Below, in pieces: positions 1-8,464 of a stretch of 38,580 nucleotides of DNA; the stretch's first letter is position 1, and every line of letters begins with the position of its first letter. The position numbers and the translations under genes were made by a program. The DNA comes from an uncultured Planctomycetales bacterium (lineage in GTDB: Bacteria; Planctomycetota; Phycisphaerae; UBA1845; JAFGLZ01). The stretch covers positions 1-38,580 of the forward strand of contig CAZKCX010000002.1 in the NCBI GenBank assembly GCA_964550865.1. The letters are read 5' to 3'. The notes beneath the pieces were generated by a model that ran no database searches, had not been told where the DNA came from, and was given only the letters and a program-made list of their open reading frames with translations.

Positions 1-2
1 TG

Positions 3-488
3 CAGTTCCCGATGCTGCTCGCGGGGAGGCCCTTCACGGGCGAGCGCGCGATGATCCCGGGGATCGAGTATCCCCCCGAGGAGCGGTGCTTCTGGACCCG
101 GCACTGCCGGGCGATCTGGAAGCATTATCGGGAGCATCCGAACGGCCCGCATACGTACGGCTGGTGGGACTCGTGTCCTGGAAGGCCCGAGGCCAGGCCC
201 ACGCATCGCAAGTGGCTTGAGCAGTATCTGCCGATGGTCGAGGAGGGGACCTGGGCATACCTGGAGATCAACAAGGGCGATCTGTTCACGCAGCCGCTGC
301 CTGAGGACGTCGTCGCCTCGGCCTTCGCGAATCGCGATTTGTTCCTGGCGCTGGCGAACTACGGCCGCAGTCCGGCCACGGTTGCCACGCAGGACGAGTT
401 CGTCTCGGTTACGGGGCCGAAAGAGACCGCGGCAAGGGAGTGGAGGATCGGCCCGCGTCAGCTACGGATCCTAAGGAAGAAGGCATGA
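3..488 (+). CDS. hypothetical protein, C-terminal fragment (5' end outside the window)
   Basis: The frame is open from the window edge, with no stop before the ATG at 12, and ends at 486-488. Composition is protein-like (W/Y/H/E-rich), unlike the Arg/Ala/Pro-rich shadow ORFs. I recognise no named motif. Confidence 0.5.
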   Translation, partial: QFPMLLAGRPFTGERAMIPGIEYPPEERCFWTRHCRAIWKHYREHPNGPHTYGWWDSCPGRPEARPTHRKWLEQYLPMVEEGTWAYLEINKGDLFTQPLPEDVVASAFANRDLFLALANYGRSPATVATQDEFVSVTGPKETAAREWRIGPRQLRILRKKA

Positions 489-509
489 GTACGTTGGGAC
501 CTGCGTCTT

Positions 510-1001
510 CTACTCCTCCAGCCTCATCCAGTATCGTTGAAAACCGATGATGGGTTGGAAGCCGGCCCGCTCGTACATGCGTCTGGCCGGGGCATGTTTC
601 TCATTGGTGGCCGTCTGGACCTCGGCGATCTTCATGCCGCGCCGCCGCATCTCGTCCAAGATGAACTCCAGCTGTCGCGTGCCGTATCCCTTGCCGCGGC
701 AGTCGGGTCGCACGCCGTTATGGCCGACCTCGCCGATGCCGGTGCTCGGGTCCATCAAGAGACAACAGAAGCCGATGACCTGGCCGTTCACCTCGGTGAC
801 GTAGCTGTTGCCCGGCTGGGCGAAGAGCTCGGCGTAGATCTCCGACGTCTTGTGGTGCTGCCACGGCTTGCCGCCGATCTGATAGCCGTACGTCTGCTCG
901 CGCCAGTACGACAGGCCGATGTCCCAGATCTGCTCGACGATGTCCTTGATGGCCGGCCAGTCGTCTTCGTGGACCGGCCGAATCGTGCCGTCATCGGTCA
1001 T
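510..1001 (-). CDS. GNAT family N-acetyltransferase
   Basis: Acetyl-CoA binding block 'VRPDCRGKGYGTRQLEFILDEMRRRG' and C-terminal 'ARRMYERAGF'. The ATG at 1001 (MTDDGT) is preceded by GAAGGAAGGG. The longer ORF start at 1040 has no comparable RBS. Confidence 0.85.
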   Translation of the reverse strand: MTDDGTIRPVHEDDWPAIKDIVEQIWDIGLSYWREQTYGYQIGGKPWQHHKTSEIYAELFAQPGNSYVTEVNGQVIGFCCLLMDPSTGIGEVGHNGVRPDCRGKGYGTRQLEFILDEMRRRGMKIAEVQTATNEKHAPARRMYERAGFQPIIGFQRYWMRLEE

Positions 1002-1049
1002 GGAATCCGCCCTTCCTTCGCGTCCGAGGGTCCTCAACAAGTCCGACGG

Positions 1050-3866
1050 TTATCGAGGTTCGGCGTTAATCTCGATCACGCTTCCCGCGGGGACGGCTCG
1101 CACGACGGAGGCCTTGCCCGCCGCGTCCCACGTGATCTCGACGTATTCCGTCTTTGGCGGAGGGCGGATCGTTTGCCCCACAACCTCAACGCGCCTGGGT
1201 TTGCAGGCGGCAAGGCGAACGGGTCGGCCGCCCTTGCCGAGTCGCGCCAAGAGCAGTTCCCCTTGGAAGCGCAGCTTCGAATCGGGTTGCACGACGACCG
1301 CATCGGCCGTCCACGCGGGCGTTCGGGCGAGCGGGTTCTCCGTGTCCATCGCCAGGAGGACGTCGCGGCGACCGTCCGCGAGACACACCTCGACAGCGAC
1401 GTGGTTCTCCGCGAACGTCTGCCCGTCCTCTGTCTTGAGCGACAGACGTCGGATCCCAGCGAGGTTCGAGGCCTTCTCGTACGGCTCGATCACGGAAACG
1501 AAGGTCGAGGCGAGGGGGGCCTGCTTCGCCCGACGTCGGACCAGGACACGAGGCACCCACAGCTCCTGGGCCGAGTTGTAGATGCCGGCGACGATCCAGG
1601 CGTCGCAGAGCGATGCCGACGCGCCGTGCGTGAGCTCCGTCAGCCGAAGATGCACGTCGCTGCCCTCCGGCAGAAAGCCGAGCAAGTCCTTGACCTTCCA
1701 ATCGGCCGTCCACCCGGGGTTGGGGGATGGATCGGTCCTGAAGTTTCGCATTTCCGTGTTGTGGCCATAGTCGGGGGAGGGCTTCAGATCCAGGTCGGGC
1801 GTAGAGACCGTGCCGAAATGCCCCGTCATGAATCGTGCGTGGTCCGTGCCTCCGACCACGCGGAAGACGTCGAGCAGGTAGGAGTCGGCCTCGGATACGT
1901 CCACGACGGCGACGGTCCGCTCGTACTGCTTGGCGACCTTGTACATCTTCGGACCGGAGGTGCGGATCGCGCGGAAGCGATCGCCGATGGCCCAGAGCGT
2001 GCATGCCCCGACGGTCCGCGCCTGATCCTGCCCGTCGACCACGACCGTGTTGTGGGCGGCCGTCCGGGTATACCAACGTGCCCGCGGACTTCCCCACCCG
2101 CCGAACTGCACGGGCGGGTAGCCGTAGTCGGGCATGAGATCGAGGCCCTTGGCGAAGAGGCCGACGTTCAGCCCGTCGTAATGGCTATGTCCGCCGTGGG
2201 AGTCGTAATCGACCCAGGCGGCGCGGCGATGCGGCTTCCGGCCGGTGCGAAGCACGGCGATTCGCCATTCCCGCTTGTTGACGCTGTCGAGCTTCGGTCT
2301 CGGTCCGTGCTCGGCGACGACCTTGGCGACTCCCTCCTGCATCGCCTGCGGATCGGCGATGAGGATGTCGTACGGCAGGCCTTCGACCTTGTCGCCGTTT
2401 TCCCGATAGACGATCTGCACGAAGGCAGGATCCCTGGTGAGCTGGAACATCCGCCACAGGAACGTCCAGCCGGACGGCGAGAGGGAGCCGGGTTTGTCGA
2501 GGCTGACGCCGAGGTAGTCCGGGTACTTGCAGGCGAAGTGCCCCGTATCGCCCACGCGCGGGTAGTACTCGCCGAGGCACTGCATGTCGATGTGGAACCG
2601 GAACATGTCGTGAAGCCTAGGGTGACGCTTGTAGACATCCGCCAGAAAGGTCCGTTCGAGACGTGCCAGGCGACCGAGGAGCTCCGACACCGCCCGGGGT
2701 CCGATGACGCTATAGCCGCTGAGGCCTTTCTCGCCGGTCATGCCGTCGACGGCCGTTGCCTTCTTCAGGATGCCGTCCAGCAGGCCGTTGATCTCCGCGC
2801 GGTTGTGCGGCCAAGCGAGCACCGCCTTGGCCACGAGCAGTGCGACGTCGGTCCGCGGGTAGTTCGATTGGATCTTCCCACGGTTCTTGATCGTGTCCCG
2901 GAGGATGCCGTTCTCGATGTTGCGTTGAATGTCGGCGAAGGAGGTCTTTGGGTTCCGGAGCTTGACCTCCTTGGCCTTGGCCGACAGGAACCGCACGAGC
3001 GATTGGTCCTTCTTGAGGGCGTCGAAGACCATGTCGTATGCCAGCGTGATCGCTCGGAATTCCTCGCAGGCGTCGTGCCAGGTGGAGACGTAGCCGCGGT
3101 CCCCGCGTCGCTCGTAGACCCACCCCTGCTTGCCGAAGTCGTGGGCGGGATACAGATCGGCCACGCGATCGAGGAGGATGCCGGCCTTGTGGGCATAGTT
3201 CGGGTCGCCGGTGACGACGTAGGCGTCGGCGAGCTTGCTGATGCCGCCGACGACAAGCTGCTTCCAGTGGCCGTAGATCAAATAGCAGCCGATGAAGCGC
3301 CAGCGCTTGTTGCCCTCGACGTAGCCCGTCCCGTCGTCGACGCCGAAGCGGTGCTTCGGGTCACTCGGATCGGGGTGCTCGGTGTTGAAGAGGAGCTTGC
3401 GATCGGCGCGCTCGGGATCGAACACGCCGTGCTCGTCCAAGCCCGACGTGTAGAAGGCATGGAAGTCGTTCTTCGGGAAGAGCTCCTTGCAGTGGGGGCA
3501 GCGGACCTTCCAGGGACGCCTTAGCGCGTCGATTTCCCAGTTGTACATCGGCACGCCCTTGCCGCAGGCCGGGCAGTGGCCGTTCGACCAGACCATCCAC
3601 GAACGCTCGATGGTCGCGCCGAACATCATGGACCACAGTTCGTCGTCGGAGTATTGGGTATACGGCTTGGCCGCGGCGACGATGCGGACGCTGACCTCCT
3701 TGGCCCAATCGTACTTGGCGGCGTTCGCGCGGGCGTTGGCGACCAGATCGGCGGGGAACAACGAGCTGGCCGCCTTGCGGGACGGGCCTGCGGTTTGATC
3801 CGCCGCCCAGAGCACGGAGGCGAAGCAGCACAGCAGAAGGGGTGAGGGTACCCGTGAGGCCTTCAT
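1050..3866 (-). CDS. secreted heparinase II/III-like polysaccharide lyase family protein
   Basis: ATG at 3866 with AAGGAG 8 nt upstream. Signal peptide MKASRVPSPLLLCCFASVLWAADQ. C-terminal blocks 'DYDSHGGHSHYDGLNVGLFAKGLDLMPDYGYPP' and 'AAHNTVVVDG' are typical of the heparinase II/III-like domain. The track ORF start at 4040 adds 58 non-protein-like residues. Confidence 0.8.
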   Translation of the reverse strand: MKASRVPSPLLLCCFASVLWAADQTAGPSRKAASSLFPADLVANARANAAKYDWAKEVSVRIVAAAKPYTQYSDDELWSMMFGATIERSWMVWSNGHCPACGKGVPMYNWEIDALRRPWKVRCPHCKELFPKNDFHAFYTSGLDEHGVFDPERADRKLLFNTEHPDPSDPKHRFGVDDGTGYVEGNKRWRFIGCYLIYGHWKQLVVGGISKLADAYVVTGDPNYAHKAGILLDRVADLYPAHDFGKQGWVYERRGDRGYVSTWHDACEEFRAITLAYDMVFDALKKDQSLVRFLSAKAKEVKLRNPKTSFADIQRNIENGILRDTIKNRGKIQSNYPRTDVALLVAKAVLAWPHNRAEINGLLDGILKKATAVDGMTGEKGLSGYSVIGPRAVSELLGRLARLERTFLADVYKRHPRLHDMFRFHIDMQCLGEYYPRVGDTGHFACKYPDYLGVSLDKPGSLSPSGWTFLWRMFQLTRDPAFVQIVYRENGDKVEGLPYDILIADPQAMQEGVAKVVAEHGPRPKLDSVNKREWRIAVLRTGRKPHRRAAWVDYDSHGGHSHYDGLNVGLFAKGLDLMPDYGYPPVQFGGWGSPRARWYTRTAAHNTVVVDGQDQARTVGACTLWAIGDRFRAIRTSGPKMYKVAKQYERTVAVVDVSEADSYLLDVFRVVGGTDHARFMTGHFGTVSTPDLDLKPSPDYGHNTEMRNFRTDPSPNPGWTADWKVKDLLGFLPEGSDVHLRLTELTHGASASLCDAWIVAGIYNSAQELWVPRVLVRRRAKQAPLASTFVSVIEPYEKASNLAGIRRLSLKTEDGQTFAENHVAVEVCLADGRRDVLLAMDTENPLARTPAWTADAVVVQPDSKLRFQGELLLARLGKGGRPVRLAACKPRRVEVVGQTIRPPPKTEYVEITWDAAGKASVVRAVPAGSVIEINAEPR

Positions 3867-4233
3867 GGGAACATCTCCTTGCGGTCCGTGGCTTCGTACG
3901 ATGCACGCGTATGACACGCGAGTATCGGCGAGAGCGGCGCGCCGATCAAGCACGGCCGGTTGCGACAGAGTATGGGCCTGGGGTCTTGAAGGCCCCGGGT
4001 CTCGAGCTGTGGCTCCCCAAGCTACGACTCGGTGTACCACGGCAAGGACATCGCCACAGGGCCGCGCGCCACAAACACCGGAGGAGGACCTCGGGCAACC
4101 GGGACGCTGGGCAAAGCGTAGACTCCGAGCGGAAAGGCTTTCGCCGAAGTCGTTTCAGCGGTAGGATATGGGTGTGAGGCTCTCCAGGTCCGATTAGGAA
4201 ATCACAGAGGCCGGGCCAGAGGGGTGGTGAACC

Positions 4234-4458
4234 ATGCAATGGGAAGATCTCATCGAAGAACACTCCGAGGTTATGTTGGGTAAACCGGTCTTTCGGGGAA
4301 CGCGTATCACCGTGGAGCATGTCTTAACGGAGCTTGGGCGAGGAGTGACTGAGCAAGAGCTGCTCAAAGGACATTCAAGGCTGACGCCGGACCATATCCG
4401 TGCCGCGATGTCTTACGCGGCTGCCGTGATTAGTCTCGAGCAGGTGATTCCCGAGTGA
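4234..4458 (+). CDS. DUF433 domain protein (antitoxin-like)
   Basis: 74 aa. 'GKPVFRGTRITVEHVLTELGRGVTEQELLKGHSRLTPDHIRAAMSYAA' matches the DUF433 helix-turn-helix-like family. It is paired with the DUF5615 gene 10 nt downstream. Confidence 0.85.
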   Translation: MQWEDLIEEHSEVMLGKPVFRGTRITVEHVLTELGRGVTEQELLKGHSRLTPDHIRAAMSYAAAVISLEQVIPE

Positions 4459-4468
4459 GTGTCGATCG

Positions 4469-4879
4469 GTGCGATTCCTCATCGACGAGAATATTCACAC
4501 CGATTTCGTATCCTGGCTCAGGTCACGGGGGCAGGATGTTGCTTACGCGGCTGAGTTGTCTCCTGGACTTTCTGATGAACGACTGCTGGCTCTGGCGGAA
4601 CGCGAGAGGAGAATCCTCGTCTCCGACGACAAGGACTTTGGCGAACTGGTCTTCCGACGTGGGCTGGTGTGTCCAGAAGTCATCCTCCTTCGTCTTGGAA
4701 ACCCCTCCATCGATGAACGAATTCGGCGTATGGAGGAGGTCTGGCAGGTCATCCAAAGGAAGGCGCCGGGACACTTCGTCGTGATCGCTGAGGAGCGGAT
4801 ACGGATTCGTCCGTTAGGGAGGCGGGGGTGTAGCTTCTTGTCGAATTCCGGCGGTTTGCGGCCTTTGGGTTTGACCTAG
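4469..4879 (+). CDS. DUF5615 family PIN-like (Mut7-C-like) protein (toxin-like)
   Basis: GTG start at 4469. 'MRFLIDENIHTDFVSWLRSRGQDV...ILVSDDKDFGELV' is typical of the DUF5615 partners of DUF433. The last ~20 aa are possibly a read-through tail. Confidence 0.8.
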   Translation: MRFLIDENIHTDFVSWLRSRGQDVAYAAELSPGLSDERLLALAERERRILVSDDKDFGELVFRRGLVCPEVILLRLGNPSIDERIRRMEEVWQVIQRKAPGHFVVIAEERIRIRPLGRRGCSFLSNSGGLRPLGLT

Positions 4880-4964
4880 CCGGGGAACTCGGCTAAGGTG
4901 TCGGGGCATTTCAGCCGTGCGAACGGGTCTGCGCGGTCACGTTTGTTCGCTAAGAGGAGGCACA

Positions 4965-5444
4965 ATGATGTTGGCAAAGCTAGCTCGAGTGGGAGTGGTG
5001 ATGGTGGTGTTCGCGCTGGTCGGATGCGAGCAGCCCGTCAGTTGGACGATCCAGCAGAACATGGAGCCGGATCCCGTCAAGATCGGCCAGAAGTTCACGG
5101 CCCAATGCAAGCTGACGGGCGAGATGGAGAAGGTCGGCTGGGTCAGCGCGGTGCCCATTGTCGCTCCGGAGTTCACCATGGAGCTCAAGGACGACGGCAC
5201 GCAGGGCGACGCCAAGAAGGGTGACAACATCTTCACCGTCACCGGCACGCCGCCGATGGAGGCGGAGCCCGGCCTCTACGAGATCGAGTTCGTCGTCTAC
5301 GACAAGAACGGCGATCCGCTTCAGGTGCCGAGCTTCAAGGTCCTCGACAAGGACAACAAGATCATCAAGGAAGTCAAGCCCAAGGAGGAGGCCAAGGACG
5401 CCACCGTCGAGTTCTCCGCGATCGTGACGGTGACGCTCGAATAG
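4965..5444 (+). CDS. lipoprotein, function unknown
   Basis: GAGGAGG lies 5 nt before ATG 4965. Lipobox 'FALVGC' follows the hydrophobic signal MMLAKLARVGVVMVVFALVGC. The mature part is beta-rich and Ig-like in composition. Confidence 0.75.
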   Translation: MMLAKLARVGVVMVVFALVGCEQPVSWTIQQNMEPDPVKIGQKFTAQCKLTGEMEKVGWVSAVPIVAPEFTMELKDDGTQGDAKKGDNIFTVTGTPPMEAEPGLYEIEFVVYDKNGDPLQVPSFKVLDKDNKIIKEVKPKEEAKDATVEFSAIVTVTLE

Positions 5445-5561
5445 GCCTTCGGTTCGGGCCATCGCCCTTTGGGAATCCGACGCGGCAGCACGGGCCGACA
5501 AGCGCCCGCGCTGCCCGTCTATCTTTACGAGACGACATCATCGGAATGTGGAGCAGCGGGA

Positions 5562-7211
5562 ATGGGCGACCTCAAGCCGCTTAGCGCGCTGATCAGCGTG
5601 TTCGACAAGAAGGGAATCGATGCCTTCGCGCGGAGCCTCTCGGAGGAGTTCGGCGTTCGGATCATCAGCAGCGGCGGGACCGCCAGGGTCCTCTCGGAGG
5701 CCGGGATCCAGGTACGTGATGTCAAGGACCTCACCGGTGCGCCCGCCATCCTGGGCCATCGCGTGGTGACGCTCCACCCGAAGGTGCACGGGGGCATCCT
5801 CGCGATTCGAGACGACGCCGAGCACCAGGCGGATATGAAGGAACACGGCATCGAGCCGATCGACATCGTCGTCTGCGGGCTGTACCCGTTCGAGCAGGCC
5901 ATCGCCAAGCCCGATTGCACCTTCGAGCAAGCCATCGAGATGATCGACATCGGCGGGCCGACGCTCGTCCGCGCCGCTGCGAAGAACCACAAATACGTGG
6001 CGATCCTCACGAAGCCGGAGCACCAGCAGCTCGTCCTCGACGAGCTGCGCGAGCGGGGTGGGATCAGCGAGGCGACGCGGCTCTCGCTCGCACGGCAGGC
6101 CTTCGAGTTGACGTGCCGTTACGATGTGGCCGTCAGCACGTACTTCCAGAGGCAAGAACGCATCGCATGGCCCGACGTGGTGACAATGGCCGCTCAGAAG
6201 GTGCACGAGTGCAAATACGGGGAGAATCCCCATCAGCCCGGCGCGGTCTATTCCTTGCCGGCGCATACGTCCGAGCCGTCACTCGTTCGGGCGGCGCTGC
6301 CGGGCGGCAATCCGATGTCGTTCAACAACTATGTCGACGCCGAATCCGCCTTTCAGTACATGCGCGACCTACACGCCCTCGGCGGCGGCAAACCGGTGGT
6401 GACGTGGATCAAGCATACGAACCCCTGCGGCGCGGCCATCGCCGACACGCCGGAGGAGGCCTACCGCATCGCGTACCTGGGCGATCCGGTCGCAGCGGCG
6501 GGCGGCATCGTCGCGATGAACTTCCCCGTGACGGCCGAGATCGCCGAGATGGCGATGAACACCTATTCCAGGTGGGGCAAGGCGGCGGGCGCGGCCTTCT
6601 TCAAGCTCGACGTCTGGGTCGCACCGTCCTTCGACGACGACGCGCTCAAGATCATCACGACGCCGAGCGAGAAGCGAACGTGGGGAGCGAACTGTCGGCT
6701 GGTTGCCGTCGGTGATCCGGGCGGGCCGGCCGATGCGACCGAACTCGACATCAAGAAGGTGGCCGGTGGTCTGCTGGTCCAGGCAAGGGATCTGGTCGGC
6801 CTGAACGAGGAGCAATGGAAGGTCGTGACGAAGCGCCGGCCCACGGAGACGGAGATGGTCGGGCTGCGGTTCGCCTGGCTGACGGCCAAGCACACCAAGA
6901 GCAATACCATCATCGCGGCGCGGGGCCGAACGCTGCTCGGCACCGGCGCGGGCCAGATGTCTCGCGTGATGTCGGCCAAGATCGCCGTCGAGCTGGCGAC
7001 CGAACACGGTCATCTCGCCGAGGATAAGACCTTCGTGGCCGCCTCGGATGCGATGTTCCCCGTGCCCGACGGTCCGACCTGGCTGATGGAGGCCGGAGCG
7101 ACGGCCATCATCCAGCCCGGCGGCGCGAACCGCGACCAGGAGGTCATTGCAGCCGCGGACCAACGCGACGTGGCTATGGTCGTGACGGGCACGCGCCACT
7201 TCAAACACTAA
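5562..7211 (+). CDS. purH: bifunctional AICAR formyltransferase / IMP cyclohydrolase
   Basis: N-terminal MGS-like block '[18 protein letters not shown]...ISSGGTA' plus '[13 protein letters not shown]', '[16 protein letters not shown]' and C-terminal '[13 protein letters not shown]'. Start chosen at MGDLKP. The 31 upstream codons of the ORF are not PurH-like. Confidence 0.95.
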   Translation: MGDLKPLSALISVFDKKGIDAFARSLSEEFGVRIISSGGTARVLSEAGIQVRDVKDLTGAPAILGHRVVTLHPKVHGGILAIRDDAEHQADMKEHGIEPIDIVVCGLYPFEQAIAKPDCTFEQAIEMIDIGGPTLVRAAAKNHKYVAILTKPEHQQLVLDELRERGGISEATRLSLARQAFELTCRYDVAVSTYFQRQERIAWPDVVTMAAQKVHECKYGENPHQPGAVYSLPAHTSEPSLVRAALPGGNPMSFNNYVDAESAFQYMRDLHALGGGKPVVTWIKHTNPCGAAIADTPEEAYRIAYLGDPVAAAGGIVAMNFPVTAEIAEMAMNTYSRWGKAAGAAFFKLDVWVAPSFDDDALKIITTPSEKRTWGANCRLVAVGDPGGPADATELDIKKVAGGLLVQARDLVGLNEEQWKVVTKRRPTETEMVGLRFAWLTAKHTKSNTIIAARGRTLLGTGAGQMSRVMSAKIAVELATEHGHLAEDKTFVAASDAMFPVPDGPTWLMEAGATAIIQPGGANRDQEVIAAADQRDVAMVVTGTRHFKH

Positions 7212-7259
7212 GCTGTCCGCAACGGTGTTTGCACAGTTGAGCAGCCTTGCCTTCTGTGG

Positions 7260-7285
7260 CCCAGCCGCCCTCGGCTGGGGCTTTC
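7260..7285 (+). terminator. terminator-like hairpin downstream of purH
   Basis: CCCAGCCG (7260-7267) pairs with CGGCTGGG (7272-7279) around a 4-nt loop, followed by GCTTTCGG (short T run). A second perfect 8-bp hairpin, CACGGCCG/CGGCCGTG, lies at 7293-7312. Confidence 0.4.
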
Positions 7286-7548
7286 GGCAGTTCACGGCCG
7301 GGGGCGGCCGTGCCACACTGTTCGATCTTTGTTGCAGGCAGCTTAGGAGAGGTCCGGGGCGGCAAGGGGAGTCTGCGATGCAGGGATCCAGACCGCGAAC
7401 GCGATGCCTCGTGCCGTGCTTCATTGCTTGCTTCTGCTGCGATGTGCTTCCGGCGGCCGAGCGGTCCGGACGACTGTGGCCGATCGGTGAGGCGCATGTT
7501 CGCGCCTGCGAGACCGTTGAGCAGGCCTAGGGGTCGCGGGGAGTTCGC

Positions 7549-8445
7549 ATGCCGAGTGGGGAAATCGAACCTGGTCTAAAGGAAGGCGTGGACCGCCTCG
7601 TCGACTGGGCCCTGACCGAGGACGGCGGCGGCGTAGACGTCACCAGTGAGCTGGTGGTGCCCGCCGCCGCACACGGAACCTATCACCTCGTGGCCCGCGA
7701 ACCGGGCGTGTTCTCCGGGCTGGCCGTGCTCGACGAATTCGCGCTACGCTTCGCGGGCGAAGGGTTGGCCGTCTCGCTCTGCGTCAGCGACGGGGAGCGC
7801 ATCGACCGCGGGCGGGTGCTTGCGACGCTCGACGGGCCGACGCGTCTACTCCTTCGCATCGAGCGGCCGATGCTGAACTTCCTCCAAAGACTGTGCGGTG
7901 TGGCGACCATGGCCCGCCGGTTTGTGGACGCCGTTTCGGGCACCGGCGCGACCGTTCTCGACACGCGAAAGACGATTCCCGGGTGGCGCGAGCTGGACAA
8001 GTACGCCGTGCGTTGCGGTGGCGGAACGAATCATCGCGCGGGCCTGCACGATGCCGTGCTGGTCAAGGACAACCACCTTGCCGCCGTACCGATCGAAGCG
8101 CTTTGCGATGTCGTGACCGAGCTCGTGGCGAAGGCTCGTACGCGACAGCCCCCGCTCGACTTCGTCGAGATCGAGGTCGATTCCCTCGACCAGCTCCAAG
8201 CCGTCCTCGCGGTTGCGGGCGTGGATCGCGTGCTGCTGGACAACTTCGCGCTCGAGGACATGCAGGAAGCGGTTCGGCTTCGCGACCGTGGGCCCCATCC
8301 CGCCATTCGGCTGGAGGCCAGCGGCGGGATCGACCTCGATACCGCTCGGGCCGTCGCGGAGACGGGCGTGGACTTCCTCTCCGTCGGCGCGCTGACGCAT
8401 TCCGTTCGATGCCTCGATTTGGCCCTCGATGCGGCCGAGACTTGA
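7549..8445 (+). CDS. nadC: nicotinate-nucleotide pyrophosphorylase (carboxylating), quinolinate phosphoribosyltransferase
   Basis: 'LDTRKTIPGWRELDKYAVRCGGGTNHRAGLHDAVLVKDNH' and 'LEASGGIDLDTARAVAETGVDFLSVGALTHS' are canonical NadC blocks. Confidence 0.95.
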   Translation: MPSGEIEPGLKEGVDRLVDWALTEDGGGVDVTSELVVPAAAHGTYHLVAREPGVFSGLAVLDEFALRFAGEGLAVSLCVSDGERIDRGRVLATLDGPTRLLLRIERPMLNFLQRLCGVATMARRFVDAVSGTGATVLDTRKTIPGWRELDKYAVRCGGGTNHRAGLHDAVLVKDNHLAAVPIEALCDVVTELVAKARTRQPPLDFVEIEVDSLDQLQAVLAVAGVDRVLLDNFALEDMQEAVRLRDRGPHPAIRLEASGGIDLDTARAVAETGVDFLSVGALTHSVRCLDLALDAAET

Positions 8446-8464
8446 GGCAGACCAAGCCAGCCTC

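Noticed and set aside
537-3524. 995-aa plus-strand ORF spanning the GNAT and heparinase-like genes
   Set aside because: It is antisense to two genes with clear domain signatures. The translation is Arg/Ala/Gly/Leu/Val/Asp-rich low-information sequence with no motif. This is a typical high-GC shadow ORF.
5445-5561. Possible ZTP (pfl) riboswitch upstream of purH
   Set aside because: purH is a classic ZTP-riboswitch target. However, I find neither the GGGTCGTGAC-like 5' element nor the CCGCCTGGGC-like 3' element in the 117-nt leader.
7286-7548. Possible NAD+ riboswitch upstream of nadC
   Set aside because: I saw no tandem bulged-stem domains resembling the nadA motif, only generic GC hairpins.
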